DNA from: the human T2T-CHM13v2.0 reference genome, Homo sapiens
Reading direction: 5' to 3' (one strand)
NCBI RefSeq assembly: GCF_009914755.1
Contig: NC_060925.1
Length of the DNA: 64,000 bases
In this document: piece by piece, positions 28,801 through 43,158 of the stretch
Layout: each line of letters starts with the position of its first letter
How positions within the stretch are numbered: the stretch's first letter is position 1
The notes under the pieces: generated by a model
The model's database searches: none
Seen by the model: the letters and a program-made list of their open reading frames with translations, nothing else
Told to the model about the DNA's origin: nothing
Program-made: the position numbers and the translations under genes

Positions 28801-31800
28801 TGGAATGGAATAATCAACGGACTCGAATGCAATCATCATCGTATAGAATCGAATGGAATCATCGAATGGACTCGAATGGAATAATCATTGACGGAATCGA
28901 ATGGAATCATCATCGGATGGAAACGAATGGAATCATCATCGAATGGAAATGAAAGGAGTCATCTAATGGAATTGCATGAAATCATCATCAAATGGAATCG
29001 AATGGAATCAACATCAAATGGAATCAAATGGAATCATTGAACGGAATTGAATGGAATCGTCATCGAATGAATTGAATGCAATCATCGAATGGTCTCGAAT
29101 GGAATCATCTTCAAATGGAATGGAATGGAATCATCGCATAGAATCGAATGGAATTATCATCGAATGGAATCTAATGGAATCAACATCAAACGGAAAGAAA
29201 CGGAATTATCGAATGGAATCGAAGAGAATCATCGAATGGACCCGAATGGAATCATCTAATGGAATGGAATGGAATAATCCATGGACTCGAATGCAATCAT
29301 CATCGAATGGAATCGAATGGAATCATCGAATGGACTCAAATGGAATAATCATCGAACGGAATCGAATGGAATCATCATCGGATAGAAATGTATGGAATCA
29401 TCATCAAATGGAATCGAATAGAATTATGGAATGAAATCCAGTGTGATCATCATCGAATGGACCCGAATGGAATCATCATCCAATGGAAACTAATGGAATC
29501 AACATGGAATGAATCGAATGGAAACACCATCGAATTGAAACGAATGGAATTATCATGAAAGTGAAATGGATGGACTCATCATCGAATGGATTCGAATGGA
29601 ATCATCGAATAAAATTGATTGAAATCATCATCAAATGGAATCGAATGGTATCATTGAATGGAATCGAATGGAATCATCATCAGATGGAAATGAATGGAAT
29701 CGTCATAGAATGGAATCGAATGGATTCATTGAATGGAATCAGATGGAATCATCGAATGGACTGGAATGGAATCACTGAATGGACTCGAAAGGGATCATCA
29801 TTGAATGGAATTCAATGGAATCATCGAATGGTCTCGATTGGAATCATTATGAAATGGAATCGAATCGAATCACCGAATAGAATCGAATGGAACAATCATC
29901 GAATGGACTCAAATGGAATTATCCTCAAATGGAATCGAATGGAATTATCGAATGCAATCGAATGGAATTATCGAATGCAATCGAATAGAATCATCGAATG
30001 GATTCGAATGGAATCATCGAATGGAATGGAATGGAACAGTCAATGAACTCGAATGGAATCATCATTGAATGGAATCGAATGGAATCATCGAGTGGAATCG
30101 AATGGAATTATGATCAAATGGAATTGAATGTAATCATCATAAAATGGAATCAAAAATAACCATCATCAATTGGTATTGAATGGAATTGTCATCAAATGGA
30201 ATTCAAAGGAATCATCATCAAATGGAACCGAATGGAATCCTCATTGAATGGAAATGAAAGGGGTCATCATCAAATGGAATCGAATGGAATCATCATCAAA
30301 TGGAATCAAATGGAATCATTGAACGGAATTGAATGGAATCGTCATCGAATGAATTGAATGCAATCATCGAATGGTCTCGAATGGAATCATCTTCTAATGG
30401 AAAGGAAAGGAATCATCGCATAGAATCGAATGGAATTAAAATTGAATGGACTCGAATGGAATCAACATCAAACGGAATAAAACGGAATTATCGAATGGAA
30501 TCGAAGAGAATCATCGAATGGACCCGAATGTAATCATCTAATGGAATGGAATGGAATAATCCATGGACTCGAATGCAATCATCATCGAATGGAATCGAAT
30601 GGAATCATCGAATGGACACGAATGGAATAATCATTGAACGGAATCGAATGGAATCATCATCGGATGGAAAGGAATGGAATCATCATCGAATGGAAATGAA
30701 AGGAGTCATCATCTAATGGAATTTCATGGAATCATCATAAAATGGAATCGAATGGAATCGACATCAAATGGAATCAACTGGAAACATTGAACGAAGTTGA
30801 ATGGAATCGTCGTCAAATAAATTGAATGCAATCATCGAATGGTCTCGAATGGAATCATCTTCAAATGGAATGGAGTGGAATCATCGCATAGAATCAAATG
30901 GAATTATCATCGAATGGAATCGAATGGAATCAACATCAAACGGAAAAAAACGGAATTATCGAATGGAATCGAAGAGAATCATCGAACGGACCCGAATGGA
31001 ATCATCTAATGGAATGGAATGGAATAATCAACGGACTCGAATGCAATCATCATCGTATAGAATCGAATGGAATCATCGAATGGACTCGAATGGAATAATC
31101 ATTGAACGGAATCGAATGGAATCATCATCGGATGGAAACGAATGGAATCATCATCGAATGGAAATGAAAGGAGTCATCATCTAATGGAAATGCATGGAAT
31201 CATCATAAAATGGAATCGAATGGAATCAACATCAAATGGAATCAAATGGAATCATTGAACGGAATTGAATGGAATCGTCATCGACTGAATTGAATGCAAT
31301 CATCGAATGGTCTCGAATGGAATCACCTTCAAATGGAATGGAATGGAATCATCGCATAGAATCGAATGGAATTATCATCGAATGCAATCGAATGGAATCA
31401 ACATCAAAAGGAAAAAAACGGAATTATCGAATGGAATCGAAGACAATCATCGAACGGACCCGAATGGAATCATCTAATGGAATGGAATGGAATAATCCGT
31501 GGACTCGAATGCAATCATCATCGAATGGAATCGAATGGAATCATCGAATGGACTCGAATGGAATAATCATTGAATGGAATCGAATGGAATCATCATCGGA
31601 TGGAAATGAATGGAATCATCACCGAATGGAATCGAATAGAATTATGGAATGAAATCCAGTGTGATCATCATCGAATGGACCCGAATGGAATCATCATCCA
31701 ACGGAAGCTAATGGAATCAACATCGAATGAATCAAATGGAAACACCATCGAATTGAAACGAATGGAATTACCATGAAATTGAAATGGATGGACTCATCAT

Positions 31801-34800
31801 CGAATGGATTCGAAAGGAATCATCGAATAAAATTGATTGAAATCATCATCGAATGGAATCGAATGGTATCATTGAATGGAATCGAATGGAATCATCATCA
31901 GATGGAAATGAATGGAATCGTCATAGAATGGAATCGAATGGATTCATTGAATGGAATCAGATGGAATCATCGAATGGACTGGAATGGAATCATTGAATGG
32001 ACTCGAAAGAGATCATGATTGAATGGAATTGAATGGAATCATCGAATGGTCTCGATTGGAATCATTATGAAATGGAATCGAATGGAATCACCGAATAGAA
32101 TCGAATGGAACAATCATCGAATGGACTCAAATGGAATTATCCTCAAATGGAATCGAATGGAATTATCGAATGCAATCGAATGGAATTATCGAATGCAATC
32201 GAATAGAATCATCGAATGGACTCGAATGGAATCATCGAATGGAATGGAATGGAACAGTCAATGAACTCGAATGGAATCATCATTGAATGGAATCGAATGG
32301 AATCATCGAGTGGAATCGAATGGAATTATGATCAAATGGAATCGAATGTAATCATCATCAAATGGAATCAAAAATAACCATCATCAATTGGTATTGAATG
32401 GAATTGTCATCAAATGGAATTCAAAGGAATCATCATCAAATGGAACCGAATGGAATCCTCATTGAATGGAAATGAAAGGGGTCATCATCTAATGGAATCG
32501 CATGGAATCATCATCAAATGGAATCGAATGGAATCATCATCAAATGGAATCTAATGGAATCATTGAAGAGAATTGAATGGAATCGTCATCGAATGAATTG
32601 AATGCAATCATCGAATGGTCTCGAATGGAATCATCTTCTAATGGAAAGGAATGGAATCATCGCATAGAATCGAATGGAATTATCATCGAATGGAATCGAA
32701 TGGTATCAACACCAAACGGAAAAAAACGGAGTTATCGAATGGAATCGAAGAGAATCTTCGAACGGACCCGAATGGAATCATCTAATGGAATGGAATGGAA
32801 TAATCCATGGACTCGAATGCAATCATCATCGAATGGAATCGAATGGAATCATTGAATGGACTCGAATGGAATAATCATTGAACGGAATCGAATGGAATCA
32901 TCATCGGATGGAAACGAATGGAATCATCATCGAATGGAAATGAAAGGAGTCATCATCTAATGGAATTGCATGGAATCATCATAAAATGGAATCGAATGGA
33001 ATCAACATCAAATGGAATCAAATGGAATCATTGAACGGAATTGAATGGAATCGTCATCGAATGAATTGAATGCAATCATCGAATGGTCTCGAATGGAATC
33101 ATCTTCAAATGGAATGGAATGGAATCATCGCATAGAATCGAATGGAATTATCATCGAATGGAATCGAATGGAATCAACATCAAACGGAAAAAAACGGAAT
33201 TATCGAATGGAATCGAAAAGAATCATCGAATGGACCCGAATGGAATCATCTAATGGAATGGAATGGAATAATCCATGGACTCGAATGCAATCATCATCGA
33301 ATGGAATCGAATGGAATCATCGAATGGACTCGAATGGAATAATCATTGAACGGAATCGAATGGAATCATCATCGGATGGAAATGAATGGAATCATCATCG
33401 AATGGAATCGAATAGAATTATGGAATGAAATCCAGTGTGATCATCATCGAATGGATCCGAATGGAATCATCATCCAACGGCAGCTAATGGAATCAACATC
33501 GAATGAATCGAATGGAAACACCATCGAATTGAAACGAATGGAATTATCATGAAGTTGAAATGGATGGACTCATCATCGAATGGATTCGAATGGAATCATC
33601 GAATAAAATTGATTGAAATCATCATCAAATGGAATCGAATGGTATCATTGAATGGAATCGAATGGAATCATCATCAGATGGAAATGAATGGAATCGTCAT
33701 AGAATGGAATCGAATGGATTCATTGAATGGAATCAGATGGAATCATCGAATGGACTGGAATGGAATCATTGAATGGACTCGAAAGGGATCATTATTGAAT
33801 GGAATTGAATGGAATCATCGAATGGTCTCGATTGGAATCATTATCAAATGGAATCGAATGGAATCACCGAATGGAATCGAATGGAACAATCATCGAATGG
33901 ACTCAAATGGAATTATCCTCAAATGGAATGGAATGGAATTATCGAATGCAATCGAATGGAATTATCGAATGCAATCGAATAGAATCATCGAATGCACTCG
34001 AATGGAATCAACGAATGGAATGGAATGGAACAGTCAATGAACCCGAATGGAATCATCATTGAATGGAATCGAATGGAATCATCGAGTGGAATCGAATGGA
34101 ATTATGATCAAATGGAATCGAATGTAATCATCATCAAATGGAATCAAAAATAACCATCATCAATTGGTATTGAATGGAATTGTCATCAAATGGAATTCAA
34201 AGGAATCATCATCAAATGGAACCGAATGGAATCCTCATTGAATGGAAATGAAAGGGGTCATCATCTAATGGAATCGCATGGAATCATCATCAAATGGAAT
34301 CGAAAGGAATCATCATCAAATGGAATCTGATGGAATCATTGAACAGAATTGAATGGAATCGTCATCGAATGAATTGAATGCACTCATCGAATGGTCTCGA
34401 ATGGAATCATCTTCTAATGGAAAGGAATGGAATCATCGCATAAAATCGAATGGAATTAACATTGAATGGACTCGAATGGAATCAACATCAAACGGAATCA
34501 AGCGGAATTATCGAATGGAATCGAAGAGAATCATAGAATGGACTCGAATGTAATCATCTAATGGAATGGAATGGAATAATCCACGGACCCGAATGCAATC
34601 ATCTTCGAATGGAATCGAATGGAATCATCGAATGGACTCGAATGGAATAATCGTTGAACGGAATCGAATGGAATCATCATCGGATGGAAACGAATGGAAT
34701 CATCATCGAATGGAAATGAAAGGAGTCATCATCTAATGGAATTGCATGGAATCATCATCAAATGGAATCGAATGGAATCAACATCAGATGGAATCAAATG

Positions 34801-37800
34801 GAATCATTGAACGGAATTGAATGGAATCGTCATCGAATGAATTGAATGCAATCATCGAATGGTCTCGAATGGAATCATCTTCAAATGGAATGGAATGGAA
34901 TCATTGCATAGAATCGAATGGAATTATCATCGAATGGCATCGAATGGTATCAACATCAAACGGAAAAAAACGGAATTATCGAATGGAATCGAAGAGAATC
35001 ATCGAACGGACCCGAATGGAATCATCTAATGGAATGGAATGGAATAATCCATGGACTCGAATGCAATCATCATCGAATGGAATCGAATGGAATCATCGAA
35101 TGGACTCGAATGGAATAATCATTGAACGGAATCGAATGGAATCATCATAGGATGGAAACGAATGGAATCATCATCGAATGGAAATGAAAGGAGTCATCAT
35201 CTAATGGAATTGCATGGAATCATCATAAAATGGAATCGAATGGAATCAACATCAAATGGAATCAAATGGAATCATTGAACGGAATTGAATGGAATCGTCA
35301 TCGACTGAATTGAATGCAATCATCGAATGGTCTCGAATGGAATCACCTTCAAATGGAATGGAATGGAATCATCGCATAGAATCGAATGGAATTATCATCG
35401 AATGCAATCGAATGGAATCAACATCAAAAGGAAAAAAACGGAATTATCGAATGGAATCGAAGACAATCATCGAACGGACCCGAATGGAATCATCTAATGG
35501 AATGGAATGGAATAATGCACGGACTCGAATGCAATCATCATCGAATGGAATCGAATCGAATCATCGAATGGACTCGAATGGAATAATCATTGAACGGAAT
35601 CGAATGGAATCATCTTCGGATGGAAACGAATGGAATCATCATGGAATGGAAATGAGAGGAATCATCATCTAATGGAATTGCATGGAATCATCATAAAATG
35701 GAATCGAATGGAATCAACATCAAATGGAATCAAATGGAATCATTGAACGGAATTGAATGGAATCGTCATCGAATGAATTGAATGCAATCATCGAATGGTC
35801 TCGAATGGAATCATCTTCAAATGGAATGGAATGGAATCATCGCATAGAATCGAATGGAATTATCATCGAATGGAATCGAATGGAATCAACATCAAACGGA
35901 AAAAAACGGAATTATCGAATGGAATCGAAGAGAATCATCGAATGGACCCGAATGGAATCATCTAATGGAATGGAATGGAATAATCCGTGGACTCGAATGC
36001 AATCATCATCGAATGGAATCGAATGGAATCATCGAATGGACTCGAATGGAATAATCATTGAACGGAATCGAATGGAATCATCATCGGATGGAAACGAATG
36101 GAATCATCATCGAATGGAATCGAATAGAATTATGGAATGAAATCCAGTGTGATCATCATCGAATGGACCTGAATGGAATCATCATCCAACGGATGCTAAT
36201 GGAATCAACATCGAATGAATCAAATGGAAACACCATCGAATTGAAACGAATGGAATTACCATGAAATTGAAATGGATGGACTCATCATCGAATGGATTCG
36301 AATGGAATCATCGAATAAAATTGATTGAAATCATCATCGAATGGAATCGAATGGTATCATGGAATGGAATCGAATGGAATCATCATCAGATGGAAATGAA
36401 TGGAATCGTCATAGAATGGAATCGAATGGATTCATTGAATGGAATCAGATGGAATCATCGAATGGACTGGAATGGAATCATTGAATGGACTCGAAAGGGA
36501 TCATTGTTGAATGGAATTGAATGGAATCATCGAATGGTCTCGATTGGAATCATTATCAAATGGAATCGAATGGAATCACCGAATAGAATCAAATGGAACA
36601 ATCATCGAATGGACTCAAATGGAATTATCCTCAAATGGAATCGAATGGAATTATCGAATGCAATCGAATGGAATTATCGAATGCAATCGAATAGAATCAT
36701 CGAATGGACTCGAATGGAATCATCGAATGGAATGGAATGGAACAGTCAATGAACTCGAATGGAATCATTGAATGGAATCGAATGGAATCATCGAGTGGAA
36801 TCGAATGGAATTCTGATCAAATGGAATCGAATGTAATCATCATCAAATGGAATCAAAAATAACCATCATCAATTGGTATTGAATGGAATTGTCATCAAAT
36901 GGAATTCAAAGGAATCATCATCAAACGGAACCGAATGGAATCCTCATTGAATGGAAATGAAAGGGGTCATCATCTAATGGAATCGCATGGAATCATCATC
37001 AAATGGAATCGAATGGAATCATCATCAAATGGAATCTAATGGAATCATTGAACAGAATTGAATGGAATCGTCATCGAATGAATTGAATGCAATCATCGAA
37101 TGGTCTCGAATGGAATCATCTTCTAATGGAAAGGAATGGAATCATCGCATAGAATCGAATGGAATTATCATCGAATGGAATCGAATGGTATCAACACCAA
37201 ACGGAAAAAAACGGAATTATCGAATGGAATCGAAGAGAATCTTCGAACGGACCCGAATGGAATCATCTAATGGAATGGAATGGAATAATCCATGGACTCG
37301 AATGCAATCATCATCGAATGGAATCGAATGGAATCATCGAATGGACTCGAATGGAATAATCATTGAACGGAATCAAATGGAATCATCATCGGATGGAAAC
37401 GAATGGAATCATCATCGAATGGAAATGAAAGGAGTCATCATCTAATGGAATTGCATGGAATCATCATAAAATGGAATCGAATGGAATCAACATCAAATGG
37501 AATCAAATGGAATCATTGAACGGAATTGAATGGAATCGTCATCGAATGAATTGACTGCAATCATCGAATGGTCTCGAATGGAATCATCTTCAAATGGAAT
37601 GGAATGGAATCATCGCATAGAATCGAATGGAATTATCATCGAATGGAATCGAATGGAATCATCGCATAGAATCGAATGGAATTATCATCGAATGGAATCG
37701 AATGGAATCAATATCAAACGGAAAAAAACAGAATTATCGTATGGAATCGAAGAGAATCATCGAATGGACCCGAATGGAATCATCTAATGGAATGGAATGG

Positions 37801-40800
37801 AATAATCCATGGACTCGAATGCAATCATCATCGAATGGAATCGAATGGAATCATCGAATGGACTCGAATGGAATAATCATTGAACGGAATCGAATGGAAT
37901 CATCATCGGATGGAAATGAATGGAATCATCATCGAATGGAATCGAATAGAATTATGGAATGAAATCCAGTGTGATCATCATCGAATGGACCCGAATGGAA
38001 TCATCATCCAACGGAAGCTAATGGAATCAACATCGAATGAATCGAATGGAAACACCATCGAATTGAAACGAATGGAATTATCATGAAATTGAAATGGATG
38101 GACTCATCATCGAATGGATTCGAATGGAATCATCGAATAAAATTGATTGAAATCATCATCAAATGGAATCGAATGGAATCATTGAATGGAATCGAATTGA
38201 ATCACCATAGAATGGAATCGAATAGATTCATTGAATGGAATCAGACGGAATCATCAAATGGACTTGAATGGAATCATTGAATGGACTGGAATGGAATCAT
38301 TATTGAATGGAATCGAATGGAATCATCGAATGGACTCGAATGGAATAATCATTGAACGGAATCGAATGGAATCATCATCAGATGGAAATGAATGGAATCG
38401 TCATAGAATGGAATCGAATGGATTCATTGAATGGAATCAGATGGAATCATTGAATGGACTGGAATGGAATCATTGAATGGACTCGAAAGGGATCATTATT
38501 GAATGGAATTTAATGGAATCATCGAATGCTCTCGATTGGAATCATTATCAAATGGAATCGAATGGAATCACCGAATAGAATCGAATGGAACAATCATCGA
38601 ACGGACTCAAATGGAATTATCCTCCAATGGAATCGAATGGAATGATCGAATGCAATCGAATGGAATTATCGAATGCAATCGAATAGAATCTTCGAATGGA
38701 CTCGAATGGAATCATCGAATGGAATGGAATGGAACAGTCAATGAACTCGAATGGAATCATCATTGAATGGAATCGAATGGAATCATCGAGTGGAATCGAA
38801 AGGAATTATGACCAAATGGAATCGAATGTAATCATCATCAAATGGAATCAAAAATAACCATCATCAATTGGTATTGAATGGAATTGTCATCAAATGGAAT
38901 TCAAAGGAATCATCATCAAATGGAACCGAATGGAATCCTCATTGAATGGAAATGAAAGGGGTCATCATCTAATGGAATCGCATGGAATCATCATCAAATG
39001 GAATCGAATGGAATCATCATCAAATGGAATCTAATGGAATCATTGAAAAGAATTGAATGGAATCGTCATCGAATGAATTGAATGCAATCATCGAATGGTC
39101 TCGAATGGAATCATCTTCTAATGGAAAGGAATGGAATCATCGCATAGAATCGAATGGAATTATCATCGAATGGAATCGAATGGTATCAACACCAAACGGA
39201 AAAAAACGGAATTATCGAATGGAATCGAAGAGAATCTTCGAACGGACCCGAATGGAATCATCTAATGGAATGGAATGGAATAATCCATGGACTCGAATGC
39301 AATCATCATCGAATGGAATCGAATGGAATCATCGAATGGACTCGAATGGAATAATCATTGAACGGAATCGAATGGAATCATCATCGGATGGAAATGAATG
39401 GAATCATCATCGAATGGAATCGAATAGAATTATGGAATGAAATGCAGTGTGATCATCATCGAATGGACCCGAATGGAATCATCATACAACGGAAGCTAAT
39501 GGAATCAACATCGAATGAATCAAATGGAAACACCATCGAATTGAAACGAATGGAATTATCATGAAATTGAAATGGATGGACTCATCATCGAATGGATTCG
39601 AATGGAATCATCGAATAAAATTGATTGAAATCATCGAATGGAATCGAATGGTATCATTGAATGGAATCGAATGGAATCATCATCAGATGGAAATGAATGG
39701 AATCGTCATAGAATGGAATCGAATGGATTCATTGAATGGAATCAGATGGAATCATCGAATGGACTGGAATGGAATCATTGAATGGACTCGAAAGGGATCA
39801 TTATTGAATGGAATTGAATGGAATCATCGAATGGTCTCGATTGGAATCATTATCAAATGGAATCGAATGGAATCACCGAATAGAATCGAATGGAACCATC
39901 ATCAAATGGACTCAAATGGAATTATCCTCAAATGGAATCGAATGGAATTATCGAATGCAATCGAATGGAATTATCGAATGCAATCGAATAGAATCATCGA
40001 ATGGACTCGAATGGAATCATCGAATGGAATGGAATGGAACAGTCAATGAACTCGAATGGAATCATCATTGAATGGAATCGAATGGAATCATCGAGTGGAA
40101 TCGAATGGAATTATGATCAAATGGAATCGAATGTAATCATCATCCAATGGAATCAAAAATAACCATCATCAATTGGTATTGAATGGAATTGTCATCAAAT
40201 GGAATTCAAAGGAATCATCATCAAATGGAACCGAAAGGAATCCTCATTGAATGGAAATGAAAGGGGTCATCATCTAATGGAATCGCATGGAATCATCATC
40301 AAATGGAATCGAATGGAATCATCATCAAATGGAATCTAATGGAATCATTGAACAGAATTGAATGGAATCGTCATCTAATGAATTGAATGCAATCATCGAA
40401 TGGTCTCGAATGGAATCATCTTCTAATGGAAAGGAATGGAATCATCGCATATAATCGAATGGAATTATCATCGAATGGAATCGAATGGTATCAACATCAA
40501 ACGGAAAAAAACGGAATTATCGAATGGAATCGAAGAGAATCTTCGAACGGACCCGAATGGAATCATCTAATGGAATGGAATGGAATAATCCATGGACTCG
40601 AATGCAATCATCATCAAATGGAATCGAATGGAATCATCGAATGGACTCGAATGGAATAATCATTGAACGGAATCGAATGGAATCATCATCGGATGGAAAC
40701 GAATGGAATCATCATCGAATGGAAATGAAAGGAGTCATCATCTAATGGAATTGCATGGAATCATCATAAAATGGAATCGAATGGAATCAACATCAAATGG

Positions 40801-43158
40801 AATCAAATGGAATCATTGAACGGAATTGAATGGAATCGTCATCGAATGAATTGACTGCAATCATCGAATGGTCTCGAATGGAATCATCTTCAAATGGAAT
40901 GGAATGGAATCATCGCATAGAATCGAATGGAATTATCATCGAATGGAATCGAATGGAATCAACATCAAACGGAAAAAAACGGAATTATCGAATGGAATCG
41001 AAGAGAATCATCGAATGGACCCGAATGGAATCATCTAATGGAATGGAATGGAATAATCCATGGACTCGAATGCAATCATCATCGAATGGAATCGAATGAA
41101 ATCATCGAATGGACTCGAATGGAATAATCATTGAACGGAATCGAATGGAATCATCATCGGATGGAAATGAATGGAATCATCATCGAATGGAATCGAATAG
41201 AATTATGGAATGAAATCCAGTGTGATCATCATCGAATGGACCCGAATGGAATCATCATCCAACGGAAGCTAATGGAATCAACATCGAATGAATCAAATGG
41301 AAACACCATCGAATTGAAACGAATGGAATTATCATGAAATTGAAATGGATGGACTCATCATCGAATGGATTCGAATGGAATCATCGAATAAAATTGATTG
41401 AAATCATCATCGAATGGAATCGAATGGTATCATTGAATGGAATCGAATGGAATCATCATCAGATGGAAATGAATGGAATCGTCATAGAATGGAATCGAAT
41501 GGATTCATTGAATGGAATCAGATGGAATCATCGAATGGACTGGAATGGAATCATTGAATGGACTCGAAAGGGATCATGATTGAATGGAATTGAATGGAAT
41601 CATCGAATGGTCTCGATTGGAATCATTATCAAATGGAATCGAATGGAATCACCGAATAGAATCGAATGGAACAATCATCGAATGGACTCAAATGGAATTA
41701 TCCTCCAATGGAATCGAATGGAATTATCGAATGCAATCGAATGGAATTATCGAATGCAATCGAATAGAATCATCGAATGGACTCGAATGGAATCATCGAA
41801 TGGAATGGAATGGAACAGTCAATGAACTCGAATGGAATCATCATTGAATGGAATCGAATGGAATCATCGAGTGGAATCGAATGGAATTATGATCAAATGG
41901 AATCGAATGTAATCATCATCAAATGGAATCAAAAATAACCATCATCAATTGGTATTGAATGGAATTGTCATCAAATGGAATTCAAAGGAATCATCATCAA
42001 ATGGAACCGAATGGAATCCTCATTGAATGGAAATGAAAGGGGTCAACATCTAATGGAATCGCATGGAATCATCATGAAATGGAATCGAATGGAATCATCA
42101 TCAAATGGAATCTAATGGAATCATTGAACAGAATTGAATGGAATCGTCATCGAATGAATTGAATGCAATCATCGAATGGTCTCGAATGGAATCATCTTCT
42201 AATGGAAAGGAATGGAATCATCGCATAGAATCGAATGGAATTATCATCGAATGGAATCGAATGGTATCAACATCAAACGGAAAAAAACGGAATTATCGAA
42301 TGGAATCGAAGAGAATCTTCGAACGGACCCGAATGGAATCATCTAATGGAATGGAATGGAATAATCCATGGACTCGAATGCAATCATCATCAAATGGAAT
42401 CGAATGGAATCATCGAATGGACTCGAATGGAATAATCATTGAACGGAATCGAACGGAATCATCATCGGATGGAAACGAATGGAATCATCATCGAATGGAA
42501 ATGAAAGGGGTCATCATCTAATGGAATTGCATGGAATCATCATAAAATGGAATCGAATGGAATCAACATCAAATGGAATCAAATGGAATCATTGAACGGA
42601 ATTGAATGGAATCGTCATCGAATGAATTGACTGCAATCATCGAATGGTCTCGAATGGAATCATCTTCAAATGGAATGGAATGGAATCATCGCATAGAATC
42701 GAATGGAATTATCATCGAATGGAATCGAATGGAATCATCGCATAGAATCGAATGGAATTATCATCGAATGGAATCGAATGGAATCAATATCAAACGGAAA
42801 AAAACAGAATTATCGTATGGAATCGAAGAGAATCATCGAATGGACCCGAATGGAATCATCTAATGGAATGGAATGGAATAATCCATGGACTCGAATGCAA
42901 TCATCATTGAATGGAATCGAATGGAATCATCGAATGGACTCGAATGGAATAATCATTGAACGGAATCGAATAGAATCATCATCGGATGGAAATGAATGGA
43001 ATCATCATCGAATGGAATCGAATAGAATTATGGAATGAAATCCAGTGTGATCATCATAGAATGGACCCGAATGGAATCATCATCCAACGGAAGCTAATGG
43101 AATCAACATCGAATGAATCGAATGGAAACACCATCGAATTGAAACGAATGGAATTATC

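Larger units (their letters stand above)
1..36260. repeat. Heterogeneous HSat2 domain with variable unit length
   Basis: Successive landmark spacings from 1259 to 36261 are 2240, 1773, 2233, 2241, 2243, 2072, 2267, 3668, 3078, 2541, 2168, 1772, 2218, 1776 and 2712 bp. Confidence 0.85.
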
